DNA from: a virus | Lineage: Duplodnaviria; Caudoviricetes | Strand: one strand, 5' to 3' | DNA length: 64,000 nt | IMG/VR virus record: IMGVR_UViG_3300017722_002753 | Location: 14,249-78,248 of that record | Shown here: piece after piece, positions 30,001 to 39,900 of the stretch | Position numbering within the stretch: position 1 is the stretch's first letter | Layout: the number at the start of each line of letters is the position of its first letter | Made by a program: the position numbers and the translations under genes | The notes under the pieces: generated by a model | Seen by the model: the letters and a program-made list of their open reading frames with translations, nothing else | Told to the model about the DNA's origin: nothing | Database searches by the model: none

Positions 30001-31437
30001 TTAACATTAAATGGAACAGTTTCAGGATGGTCAGAATTTAGAGATGGAGTTTTTAGAATTATTCCTTGCGCAGGAAGAACAGGAGAACTTTTAAACAATT
30101 ATAGAAGAAGAAAACTTTTTGGAAAGATTATGTGTGGAGGTGTAACATCTTACACATTTAGTAACTCATGGTTAAACGGAGCACTGTATTTCTTTCAATT
30201 TAAAAAGAAAGGTGCCGATAAATTTTGTGGTGAATGTGTCTATAAAAAAGTTGAGAGCGATGGTACTGTAAATTATTACTATCGATCAACACCATATAAC
30301 GACGACTACAACCACGATGAATCCCAAACAAGACCGGGTTTTGATGGAGATGCGATTATACCGTCCGACCCAAATGCGATTGGTTATGATGGTAAATCGG
30401 CAAACATTAGATATGAGGAAAAATCTACAGGATTCTACGGTGTAAGAAAATCATTATCAATATCAATATCAAGGGTTTATAGTAATGTAACAGGAGGACT
30501 TGTAGATGGATGGACAGGATGGTATCAAGCCCTTGGAGACGGAACGGGAGGAGGTAGAATAAAAAGAGAAATCAATTTTCCAACAACAATTATAGACTTA
30601 GGACCAAGGCAAACATGGATTGATGAAATTTGTGTTGATCCCGAAATGGATGTGAATTGTTCAATAACAAGAAGTATCGGTTCCACAACATACAAAGGTA
30701 TTGATGATTTAATGGAATATGTGATACAGTCAAAAGAAATAAAAGAAAAAGGGAGATTAGATATTCAAGATTTATTCGATAAAAGAGGTAGAGGAAGAAT
30801 TGATGGTGACATTGCTCAACTTCTAAACTTTAATACTCAGGTTGGAATTTATCCATTTGAGATTGAAGAACTTGATTCACCATACACCGCAAATTATGCA
30901 AATGTATTTGACGGTAAAGGTGCGGTTGGTCTTGACTTAGTTTTTAGTGAAGATGACCCTGATACACCGGCAACCGTTGAAGTAAAAGGTGACTTAATAA
31001 GAAAATGTTTGAATACAAAAGGAAGATTAGGTGATAAATCACAAAGGGTTCCATATTACATGTGGGATACATATGGACACGGTTTTGGTGAGTTTGAAGG
31101 TGCCGATGCAGGATACAGTGAATCACAAAGTTATTACACAGGTAGAATTTATAATCAACCAATTCAAGAAATGAGGGGTAACCTTAATGAGGACCCTAAT
31201 GGAAATACAATTTTAACTGATAACAATTATTTTGACCCATATATTTTACCACCTATTAGAGACTGTATTGAGGTATCAGGAGTTAAAGTTAAAAGTAATG
31301 ACAACTATAAAGAATACATGGTTAATGGACAACCAAGACATTTAATGGAAATTGGTACACCATTCCATTATCAATTTGGTTTAAAGAAAGGTGCAACTGC
31401 ATTTGATAAGTTCGTAGAAAATTTTGGACCTAAATAA
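27064..31437 (+). CDS. Large virion structural protein (peripheral baseplate)
   Basis: 1457 aa following gp6; N-terminal carboxypeptidase-regulatory-like beta motif (GVVCGRISVNGGFGIPNAKVSIF; TVKTNDSGDFMIWGVPLG); variable Thr/Gly-rich centre. Confidence 0.65.
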   Translation: MVQKHRISTNIGKDQVLKVELKQDFDLLEVLSLKFTQKDVYTSLCADYGVVCGRISVNGGFGIPNAKVSIFVPLTLDDEQDQVISTLYPYKSTDGRNDNNYRYNLLPKRKQHSGHTPTGTFFDQQDILAREEYLEVYEKYYTYTVKTNDSGDFMIWGVPLGTQVLHVDLDLSDMGCQSLVPYDLMYEGISEEKFENKYTYMASDNLNALPQIISFDKTVDVYPFWGSEDLCEIGITRGDFDLGEKGVRLEPYAIMMGSTFSDAAEDSMGVNCNVDNQQGEKCKLTTKKGDIEAIRFTGEYQKDTNGNPNMLKPILEKLQIDSKIGDDGIFFFRVPMNIGYITTNEFGDIVESKDKNIGIPTKGNYRFRITLNEDTGEENRNVAKILIPNVREYHQGDTLYHGSYTTIDAKSYSFSTNIDDYPVNALKEIAGLSTWAQANNRKSVPQDYFYQFRYGRVYSASQFINRFEKAGSWEKVFKFFVRDRNESFIGIKEIWPAEGDCSNNINYFPVNDAVRNHKFGFFITTIISFVEYIGLRISLFFKELVLAVFVGIAELLSSTGVSNKAAAKMFQRAKEYQFNNIMVLSLVTYPDCYDCSEDDTANKTTSSVPPVDVDTVKLGTPIATNFYLEENYTVARAAGTCDKYTFVNTTGTDVTINYLDCDNDFRTLTILGTDTAAYSVKAKPNQSQSGWAITPTIVVDFYTGANGFNGDDDLYFRPTGGGFTGFVPTPPTGQLTNDNAVLAQTYVAELDVIGDGTLTYLTLGMGQQYQIIWDSILGVWKIKGAYRVIIDAISLAFNTPLDQVVTGTAHENDGYIKITKLWIADSNITSSDTTTTELEEGCSKYDTIIEDELGRGGDMKLKGLIFPLTGQTIGGTATILNTYVDAKNYLSTRRPSPYPRFVLKPYDQLDATYNTKIIGANIKDCEERPSYNVGAVASTFAKWPLVDNNSFENQTVRCIYKGEYYGQVKKKGPYWVEEQLTLNGTVSGWSEFRDGVFRIIPCAGRTGELLNNYRRRKLFGKIMCGGVTSYTFSNSWLNGALYFFQFKKKGADKFCGECVYKKVESDGTVNYYYRSTPYNDDYNHDESQTRPGFDGDAIIPSDPNAIGYDGKSANIRYEEKSTGFYGVRKSLSISISRVYSNVTGGLVDGWTGWYQALGDGTGGGRIKREINFPTTIIDLGPRQTWIDEICVDPEMDVNCSITRSIGSTTYKGIDDLMEYVIQSKEIKEKGRLDIQDLFDKRGRGRIDGDIAQLLNFNTQVGIYPFEIEELDSPYTANYANVFDGKGAVGLDLVFSEDDPDTPATVEVKGDLIRKCLNTKGRLGDKSQRVPYYMWDTYGHGFGEFEGADAGYSESQSYYTGRIYNQPIQEMRGNLNEDPNGNTILTDNNYFDPYILPPIRDCIEVSGVKVKSNDNYKEYMVNGQPRHLMEIGTPFHYQFGLKKGATAFDKFVENFGPK

Positions 31438-31438
31438 T

Positions 31439-32131
31439 ATGTGGATAAAAGATTTATTTAAAAAAAGAAAACCTAATCATTTAATTGTATATGTTTTATA
31501 CAAGAAAGAAGAAAAATTATTATATAAGATTCTTTCTAAATTAACATATAGTGTTGGTCCGTTTTTTTCAATCGATGATTCAATCGAAGGAGTAAAGAAA
31601 TTTATTGAGAAATATCCAGATAAATTAAAACAAATTAACATTACAAGTTACGGTTCTGGAAAGTTTTTAGTTCAAACAACCGATTCACAATCAAAAGTTA
31701 ATGAATTAGTTGAAACGTTAAAACCACTTATGAATAGTGAAACTCGATTAATGTTTACTACATGTTTTAGTGGAGTGTCATCAAGAAAAGTGGTTGAGAT
31801 GTCAGAAGAGTTAAATGGTATTGAAGTTTCGGCAATGAACGGTTCATATAGTCTTAATGGTAAAATGACAAAATGTAAATGCGGTAACAAAGGTTATAGC
31901 GAAAGTATTGTTGAAACCCTTCCCAAAAGTAAAGAAGGTTTGAGATACGATGAAAAACAAATTGTAGATATTCTGAGAAGAGACGAAGGAGAAGAAATAA
32001 ATTGGAAGACATCAGGGATGGCGTACGAATATAATAAAATAATGATAGAAAATGGTATATGTACTATTGGAAAACAACCATACACCTTACTAAAATCAAT
32101 TAGAAATTATTTATTTAATATCCAAAGTTAA
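31439..32131 (+). CDS. Hypothetical Lys-rich protein with a possible DUF4347/caspase-like fold remnant
   Basis: The track starts at 31424; ATG 31439 is more likely. Motifs INITSYGSG and LMFTTCFSG; composition unlike the neighbouring virion genes. Confidence 0.55.
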   Translation: MWIKDLFKKRKPNHLIVYVLYKKEEKLLYKILSKLTYSVGPFFSIDDSIEGVKKFIEKYPDKLKQINITSYGSGKFLVQTTDSQSKVNELVETLKPLMNSETRLMFTTCFSGVSSRKVVEMSEELNGIEVSAMNGSYSLNGKMTKCKCGNKGYSESIVETLPKSKEGLRYDEKQIVDILRRDEGEEINWKTSGMAYEYNKIMIENGICTIGKQPYTLLKSIRNYLFNIQS

Positions 32132-33960
32132 TGAACAAAAAACAAATACTATTACCAAGTAAAAAATTCTTCAAAGCGGAGGAGGAAAGTTTAAATTTAC
32201 CTGTAAATTTAGATGAGAGCGAAACTTTGCTTAGGGAAGGTGATAGAAACATCGTATTGGATATTGCAAAACTTTTTGATAAAGAAAGAAACGAAAGTAA
32301 AAAATATAAAATACATGGGAAGTTAAAGATGGTGTTTAGAAATCTATACACTGGTTCAACAACTTACGACCCACTAAAAAGTAATTTATTTTATAATTCA
32401 TACGGAACCGACATAAATTACGATGGTGCGATGCCATATAATGAATTTGCGTTTTTAAGAAAAGATGTTTTAAGAGAAACGTTCGTAGGTCAAACGGGAT
32501 CAACATTAACTGAAGATTACAATCCTGAACAACAATTAGTGTTAACGGGAATAACATACACCGGACACACAACTACAACCTCAATAGAGGCTCCATATAA
32601 AAATTGGAACGTTTATCTAACATATGTTAATGGTCAAGATGAAAACTACCCGATGGCATATACGTTATCAGGTAATACTGTTTTTAATTTTAAGGCTAGT
32701 GACGGAATACCATTTAGAGTTGTTAATAACGGAATATATTATACATTAATATCGCCAGTTGAACATGGAATGAAAGCAGGAGAATATGTCACACTTTCAA
32801 CAACAGGAAGTACGTACTACTCATATTCTGGTGACCCAAGAGTTAGACATATAACTACAACAGAATTTAATAGAACCTTCTATATAGAAAGTGTGGGTAA
32901 TGAAATATTTCGTTCAGAAAAATTTGTTATTAATATTCTTAAAAAAGAATTAGTATCAGGAACAACATTTAACACTGTTGTTTTTGGTAAACGATGTTTA
33001 AACAAATTCAAATTAGAAAAGACAACATCAACATATTATGTTCATAAACATAAGACATTAACTGAAGTAAAAGATTATATATTAGATAAATCTGGATTTG
33101 AATCTTCAATATGGGAAGAAGAACGTGCATTAATGTACGAAAATAGTAATGGGATTGACAATTATTTAGTTGAACAAAACAGAATGGAAAGTTTAATTTA
33201 TGACTTTAAAGAACCATTTATTTTAACGGGTTTAACTAATAATTTAAATTACACACCAACAGAAGTTTATGTGACCGTTTTATTAAGAAATGAAAATGGA
33301 TACTTTAATTACCCACCCAAGGTTGGGTTTAAATTTAATTTTCACAATACTTGGATTGATAGTCATTTTGAAGGAACGGGGTCAACAGAAACAAATATAC
33401 CGAACCACACATTTACAAGTAACAATGCAACAACAGGATTCATTGGTGGTTCAGAATTACCTTTAGGGACTTCAGGATTAACCGGCGCATTCATCGAATA
33501 TAATAGAAGTGAATTACAAGAAAGAGTAATTAGTGAAGGTTATCACAAATTCACGTGTAAATCTACGATTTTTAACCACGGACAGATTTCAAATGTCACC
33601 GAAGACGGAGTGGTAATATTTTCAGGAGCAACCGCGTTTAATCCATTCGGTTATTTCTACCAACCACATCACAGAATCAAATTGAGAGAACTTTCACCAT
33701 ATGTAGAATCATATAAAACAAATGAGATATATGGTTTACCTGAAAATGCAAGATATTTTCCTGATGAGAAGTTATGGAAATGGAGAGACCTATATGATAA
33801 TGGATTTCTTGATGCAGATGGATTCGGAACAAATTATCCATTCATAAATGGGATACATTACATTAAAAAAGATATTAATTTCTATTTAAGAAATGAGGTT
33901 ACATTTAAAAATAAGGAAGACGGAGTAATTAAGTTTACAAATTTAAGTTTTGATTGTTAA
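32131..33960 (+). CDS. Virion structural protein (baseplate-associated)
   Basis: 609 aa, TAATG-coupled within the structural operon; rich in [ST]GxT. Confidence 0.65.
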   Translation: MNKKQILLPSKKFFKAEEESLNLPVNLDESETLLREGDRNIVLDIAKLFDKERNESKKYKIHGKLKMVFRNLYTGSTTYDPLKSNLFYNSYGTDINYDGAMPYNEFAFLRKDVLRETFVGQTGSTLTEDYNPEQQLVLTGITYTGHTTTTSIEAPYKNWNVYLTYVNGQDENYPMAYTLSGNTVFNFKASDGIPFRVVNNGIYYTLISPVEHGMKAGEYVTLSTTGSTYYSYSGDPRVRHITTTEFNRTFYIESVGNEIFRSEKFVINILKKELVSGTTFNTVVFGKRCLNKFKLEKTTSTYYVHKHKTLTEVKDYILDKSGFESSIWEEERALMYENSNGIDNYLVEQNRMESLIYDFKEPFILTGLTNNLNYTPTEVYVTVLLRNENGYFNYPPKVGFKFNFHNTWIDSHFEGTGSTETNIPNHTFTSNNATTGFIGGSELPLGTSGLTGAFIEYNRSELQERVISEGYHKFTCKSTIFNHGQISNVTEDGVVIFSGATAFNPFGYFYQPHHRIKLRELSPYVESYKTNEIYGLPENARYFPDEKLWKWRDLYDNGFLDADGFGTNYPFINGIHYIKKDINFYLRNEVTFKNKEDGVIKFTNLSFDC

Positions 33961-34817
33961 TGGAAATATTATTTAAAAATAGTAACATGAACTTGGTTAT
34001 AAACCAAGAACAAGATTTTAAAACAGATCTTGGATGGCAAGAAAACGCACAAGAACTTGAAGACCAAACTCTTGAAAAAATTATTAATCCTGTTGATAAT
34101 TATGAAACTGTTAGATACATACATCAACCATACAATTCATCATTATCAGGATTAACAATATCACAATCGGATATATGGTTTAAGTTTCATTTTTTAAGTG
34201 GAAGTACATATGTTACCGATTACGAACCAACAGGTTTATCATTTAAAGAAAATAATGAAATTAGAGAATTTTTTAAAAGGAGTTTTTTTAGATTAGAATT
34301 TTATAAAACACCAAATGGTGAGGCACCAACTAGAGCAAACAGAAGATTGGTTTTTACAAAAAATTTACCACTAACATCTGGTGAACAATATAATTTTTAC
34401 AATGAAACCCTAACAGGTGTGACGGATGTAAAAATATATAAACCTGTCTTTATGGGTACGAACTACAAAAATTCAGAAAACTTATATATATTCTGGTTTC
34501 AAGACGATTCACCATTTGAAGAATCTAATTTAATTGGAAATATATTTTACATGACAGCAAAATTTTTTAATGCTGAAAATGGTGAAATAACTGACTTCGT
34601 TACCAATTCAGATGTTGATGTTGATATTGACCAAGGTAGATATGGAATTCGTACCAATCCTATTCAATTTTTTGAAAAAGATAATAGTGGCGGGCAAATA
34701 ATTGAACCTGATGACATGTATTACTGTGTTACAATTGATAGAACCGATTTTAGTTATGTGGTTAATAGTGACTGTAGTTGTGTGTTCACGGGAGGTTCCG
34801 CAAATTTAAATGGTTAA
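33960..34817 (+). CDS. Virion structural protein
   Basis: TAATG overlap with the upstream stop (the track starts at 33954); C-terminal CSCVFTGGSA. Confidence 0.65.
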   Translation: MEILFKNSNMNLVINQEQDFKTDLGWQENAQELEDQTLEKIINPVDNYETVRYIHQPYNSSLSGLTISQSDIWFKFHFLSGSTYVTDYEPTGLSFKENNEIREFFKRSFFRLEFYKTPNGEAPTRANRRLVFTKNLPLTSGEQYNFYNETLTGVTDVKIYKPVFMGTNYKNSENLYIFWFQDDSPFEESNLIGNIFYMTAKFFNAENGEITDFVTNSDVDVDIDQGRYGIRTNPIQFFEKDNSGGQIIEPDDMYYCVTIDRTDFSYVVNSDCSCVFTGGSANLNG

Positions 34818-34820
34818 TAA

Positions 34821-36062
34821 ATGAAAAAAGATAGATACGAAATTTTAAGAAAGAATGTACAACAAGTTGAACTCGCTTCATTGACTGGTCAAACTTGGTT
34901 AGATTCTTATGGAAGTTTAGTTCCTTGGTCAGGAAGTAACCATTCTGGTAGTGTCTACATAGGGCCAAACATAAATGACATTGTAGATAATGTAACAGGA
35001 AGTGTTGCAAAAGGTTACTACAAATGGGGTGGAACATCATGGACTAAAATAACTGGTGCAACCAAATACGACATAAGCGGTAGTGTTTACGGTTCATACC
35101 AATTCCCATTATTTTTAGACGGTTCACTTGATGAAATGGGGGTAATGGTTGGTATTGCAGACGTTAATGGAGAATCATATATGGAACAAATCGAACAATT
35201 GGTTAATTTTCATTATACCCAAACAGGTTCATTTGTAAAACTATTCAGTACAACTAATCCTGATAAACTTAGAAACATTATAGGTCAAGTATATACAGTA
35301 TCATGGGGTCATAATAATCAAACATCGTCATTGGCAATTAATAATGGCGTTATTGGTACAAATTTCCCAACGGCATCATATACATACCCAACAACACCAA
35401 ACACATATACAATCTCATTGTCTTTAAATTCTCCATGGAATAGAGAAAAGATTAGTAAAAATATTACAATTCCCCAATTTAGTGGAACACCTCAAAACAT
35501 TTTAGGTTCAATTACGGGTATAACAGTACCATATAGTAACCCAACTACGGGTCAAACATTAAATTATTTAAATGACTTAGATTATACGGACAATTATGGA
35601 CCGGTAACCGTTAGTGGGTCAATGTTCAAATATTCTGCGTTTGGTAAAAGTAAAATTACCGATTTTAATAAATACGGAGGAGGAATAAACAGTTCTTCAT
35701 TTACATATAGTACATCAGGTGAGACATCACAATGGACAGGATATACATTTACACATACAGGTAGCTTTATTAGTGGAACGTCATATAATATGGTAACCCT
35801 ACATTATAGGGATTATGATGACGGAATCACAACAATTACGGGTACAACTACAGGATTTACAAGAGAGGAAGTTTTTAATGAAGCATTAACAAGAAATGAA
35901 CATTTTCTTGGTTTTGTCGACGAACCATCAATCTATTCCGACATTTTTGTAGAGAGGGGAAAACAGGGAGTTTTAGAAAAAACACGAAGACTTGGAGAGG
36001 TAGACTCGGTTGGCGAATTAGATATTTACGGAAATGGTTATTTTAAAGTGAGAAAACAATAA
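34821..36062 (+). CDS. Virion structural protein, Thr/Ser/Gly-rich
   Basis: 413 aa; C-terminal SDIFVERGKQGVLEKTRRLGEVDSVGELDIYGNGYF; very dense in [ST]G dipeptides. Confidence 0.65.
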   Translation: MKKDRYEILRKNVQQVELASLTGQTWLDSYGSLVPWSGSNHSGSVYIGPNINDIVDNVTGSVAKGYYKWGGTSWTKITGATKYDISGSVYGSYQFPLFLDGSLDEMGVMVGIADVNGESYMEQIEQLVNFHYTQTGSFVKLFSTTNPDKLRNIIGQVYTVSWGHNNQTSSLAINNGVIGTNFPTASYTYPTTPNTYTISLSLNSPWNREKISKNITIPQFSGTPQNILGSITGITVPYSNPTTGQTLNYLNDLDYTDNYGPVTVSGSMFKYSAFGKSKITDFNKYGGGINSSSFTYSTSGETSQWTGYTFTHTGSFISGTSYNMVTLHYRDYDDGITTITGTTTGFTREEVFNEALTRNEHFLGFVDEPSIYSDIFVERGKQGVLEKTRRLGEVDSVGELDIYGNGYFKVRKQ

Positions 36063-36087
36063 AAATTATATTTATTAATAAAAGTTT

Positions 36088-36996
36088 ATGGCAGTAGGAA
36101 GTTACGGAATTGTTAGACCAGCGGATGTATCACCAGATGATGTGGATATATTCTATCACCATTCGGCAGATAGGTTAGTATCGTCCGCGGTTACATTAAA
36201 AAAACTTGACGCAAAAACAATTTTAACTCCTGTTTTTCACAACGATGATACAGGAGGAAAAAAAAATGTTGAGGTTTTGGGTGGATTATATAATTTAAAA
36301 TTAAATGCTGCGGATTTTACGGATTTAGGGGTTTACACACTTCATATTAGACCAAAACAAGTAAGAACTACAATTGCGGATTGCGGAGTTTTAGCGGCAT
36401 TACCATCAGTTAGAGGTTTAGTTATTGATTTAAGTAACGTACCTGCTGCAGATAGAAATAAATTTACACCACAAGGACTTGTGGGATATAGAATAGAGTA
36501 CATCAACCCAACAGATAATAAAAAAACTCCAAATTTTTATAGAGTGGTGACTTCATCATTCTACTGTACACCAATTGTTTCGAATTTGACAAGTACAAAT
36601 TCAAAAGCAAAAAGATACCAATATTCAGATGCATCAACAAGCATGTTGTTTTTAACTGTAACTCCGTCTTCAGCACCATCAAATAAACCAAATACCGTTC
36701 CTTTTATAGGTCAACAAGGCCAAACCATTATTTTGTCAAATACATACTTTAACCCAACAACAATTGAAGTTGAGATGGTTGAACACGATTCATCAACATT
36801 GGCAAATGCTCTGTACGGTAACCAAACTAAAGCGGTTACTCCGGGTATTTACACAATCTATGATAAAGATAACAATATCTACAAACAATACAACTTGTAT
36901 GAAGTTAAAGACCAATTTAATGAAACATTATACGAAGTTAGAGAAGGTAGAACAGATATTGATGAGACATTAAACTTTGATGATATTACACAATAA
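36088..36996 (+). CDS. Virion structural protein (302 aa)
   Basis: Preceded by TATTTATT (36069-36076); translationally coupled to the following giant gene. Confidence 0.65.
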   Translation: MAVGSYGIVRPADVSPDDVDIFYHHSADRLVSSAVTLKKLDAKTILTPVFHNDDTGGKKNVEVLGGLYNLKLNAADFTDLGVYTLHIRPKQVRTTIADCGVLAALPSVRGLVIDLSNVPAADRNKFTPQGLVGYRIEYINPTDNKKTPNFYRVVTSSFYCTPIVSNLTSTNSKAKRYQYSDASTSMLFLTVTPSSAPSNKPNTVPFIGQQGQTIILSNTYFNPTTIEVEMVEHDSSTLANALYGNQTKAVTPGIYTIYDKDNNIYKQYNLYEVKDQFNETLYEVREGRTDIDETLNFDDITQ

Positions 36997-39900
36997 TGGC
37001 AAGAAGGAAAGTTCCAAGTCAGGCTGCTTCAGGTGCTGAAACATTCAGCGATAGTTTAGTCGGTGGTCAAATCACTGACGGTAGCAGTCAATTGACTAAT
37101 ACGAACTTTGCTCTTGATAGGTTAATTCCAGAAAAAGATAGTAAAACATTCAGAACAACTCCGTTTTCGGAGTTTTTAACTTTGGATGATTTAAAATCGG
37201 AAGAGAAGGATTCACAGACAACACAAACAAAATCAGAAAAAAAGAGGTCAATCTCATTTAGAGGTGCAAAAGACGATGCGGGAAAATCATTATTTGGTTC
37301 TTTAAAATCAAGAATTGCTGCATCAATCAGTAATATAATTGAGAAGTACCCCGCTGCTATCATGGTGGACAAAGATAGTTCATCAAGTATTAGTGGTAAG
37401 ACAGCATACAACGTTTCATATGACGTATCAACAAAAACAACCGAATTCGATATTGAAACTGGTATGTTTTATAATACGTTTGATTTATCGTATGAAGCAC
37501 CAAATAGTAATACAACACCTGAGACAACCAACCCACTTAGAAATTTCTATTCATCATTTAAAAAATATGTTGTTGAAATAAGTGGTGTAACTTATGATAT
37601 TATTGATTACGAACAACCGGATGTAAATAATATTATTACGTTAACGGTTAGTGGTAAACCATTTACAGGTACAACATATGACCAAAGTTTTATTATCAGA
37701 CCAAACAATGGTTTAACTGAAGAGTTCTTCAGTGGTCTTGATGATTTAGAGGAAATATTACTTAACAGAGAGACAAATCCAAAATATAGAGCATCATTTA
37801 GAGTCCCAAGAGATACATCTGGTGGAAGTAAAACAGATTTAATTACTGTAGAATATATTTGGCCGGTTGCAAAAGACGGATGGAACTTACAGGTTGTTGG
37901 TTTAGCGTTTGATTCTTATACATCAGGATTAAGTGATGTAGCTGAGGAGATAGATGATTATAAATCTAACTTATTTGTTAGATTCATGTCAGCACCTCAA
38001 TTATTTGAGTTTGATAGTGAAGATAAAAAAGCGGAAGCGTTATTCCAATTATATGGACAGGCTTTCGATAAGGTAAAAAAATACATTGATAACATTGCTT
38101 ACATGAGAAATGTAAGTTATGATGGTATTAACAACTTACCCGATTTACTTCTTAAAAATTTAGCTAACAATTTAGGTCTTAACACAATCAAATTATTTGA
38201 TGAAAAAGATTTAGATGAAATTTTATATACTCGTAATGATGTACAATATTCAGGTTTAACAATTGGTAAAACATTGGTGGATGCTGAATATGAATTCTAC
38301 AGAAGAATTCTCGTTAACTTAGCTTACATATACAAATCAAAAGGTACACGTAGCTCGATAAAATTCTTACTAAGATTTATCGGAGCACCCGACCCAATGA
38401 TTAAAATTGATGAGTATAGATATGATATTGTTTCATATCCAAAGTCTCATAATATTGATGATGATATTCGTGATTTAATTAGAGGTAATAAAACATTTAA
38501 TACCGGAATATTCAACGCGACGACATATCAATATACCATTCAAACTATCACAGGTTCAACAACACTAACAAGAGACAATTACCCTGTTGAAGAAGTTACC
38601 GCAAGTGCGAAGAAATATGAAGACTTATCAAACGATACCTTTTTTCAAATGGGGTCTGGTTGGTATGATTTAACATTAGACCACAGATCACCTGATATAT
38701 TAGACGAGGACATCTCAATAACAACTGGTAGAACTAAAACGTTACTAACTAAACCAAAAGGTTACACTTTTGGTGAAGATTATTTTGATTCATATAGAAC
38801 TTTACCAGGTTTAGACACGGGTTATGAATTAGTACCTGTTATTGACAATAACCAAGGAGAAGTTGTAAATTCAAATTCAGAGTTAACCTTCAATAGAAAA
38901 AATATAAATGCATATCTTTCTTCTGCTCAGGCAATTGATTATGACATCTATACGAAATCAAGAAATTTAAATTTATCATTCGGAAGCGCAACATTAGAAC
39001 CACAAACGGGAGTAACGTTTGCAGAATTTGCGGATAAATTATTACATGAACAAATTTTAAATTCTAACATTATTAGATATAAGAAAAATTATATCAAGTT
39101 AGAAGACATATATCAATCTTATATTAAATCAAATTCATTTACACCATACAATTTTCCCGATGTAAATGAATTTATTAACAGAATGGGTCCTTATTGGACT
39201 CAAATTTTAGACCAAATTATTCCATCCACAACATTATGGACAGGCGGTAATTTAATTGAAAACAATAAATTTAAAAGATCAAAATACTCATATAAATTCG
39301 GATGTCAACCAAAAGAATTTATCGAGGAATTATTCCCAAGTTTTGAAAATGCAATTGAAGAAGATTTTGAAACCTTATTAGGTGAAGAAGATAATTTCAG
39401 AGGTCTTTTAAATCTAACAGGTTATACATATAATCCTGTTATTGAAATCGACGGTATCCAATATGTGGGAGATAGTGTTATCGTTAGTGGTAACACATCA
39501 ACAGCAACAAGTGCAAAATTATTTAACACTTTTCCACAAACGGGATGTACAAGTCTAAACGAAGGTTCAACTCTTCCGTTAATTTGTGATTATAAGGATT
39601 ATTTAAGTCCTGATGTAACAAAAATTAAAGAACTTTGGAAAACATCGTTAACAAATTTAATCAATGAGATTAATAACGAAGAGACCATGGATGGTCCTGG
39701 ATGTATTGATTCATATGCACCATATACTGCAGCAACAAGTGGTGCAACATGTACTCAAGTTGCGAAACCAAAATTAGAATACACATATTATACTGATGTA
39801 GATGGAATTGAAAAAATTAAATTTACAACTATAAAGTATGGTCCTGACGATTGTTCAGTTAAAGATTATTTCACATATAGTTTTGATTCAGTTTACACAT

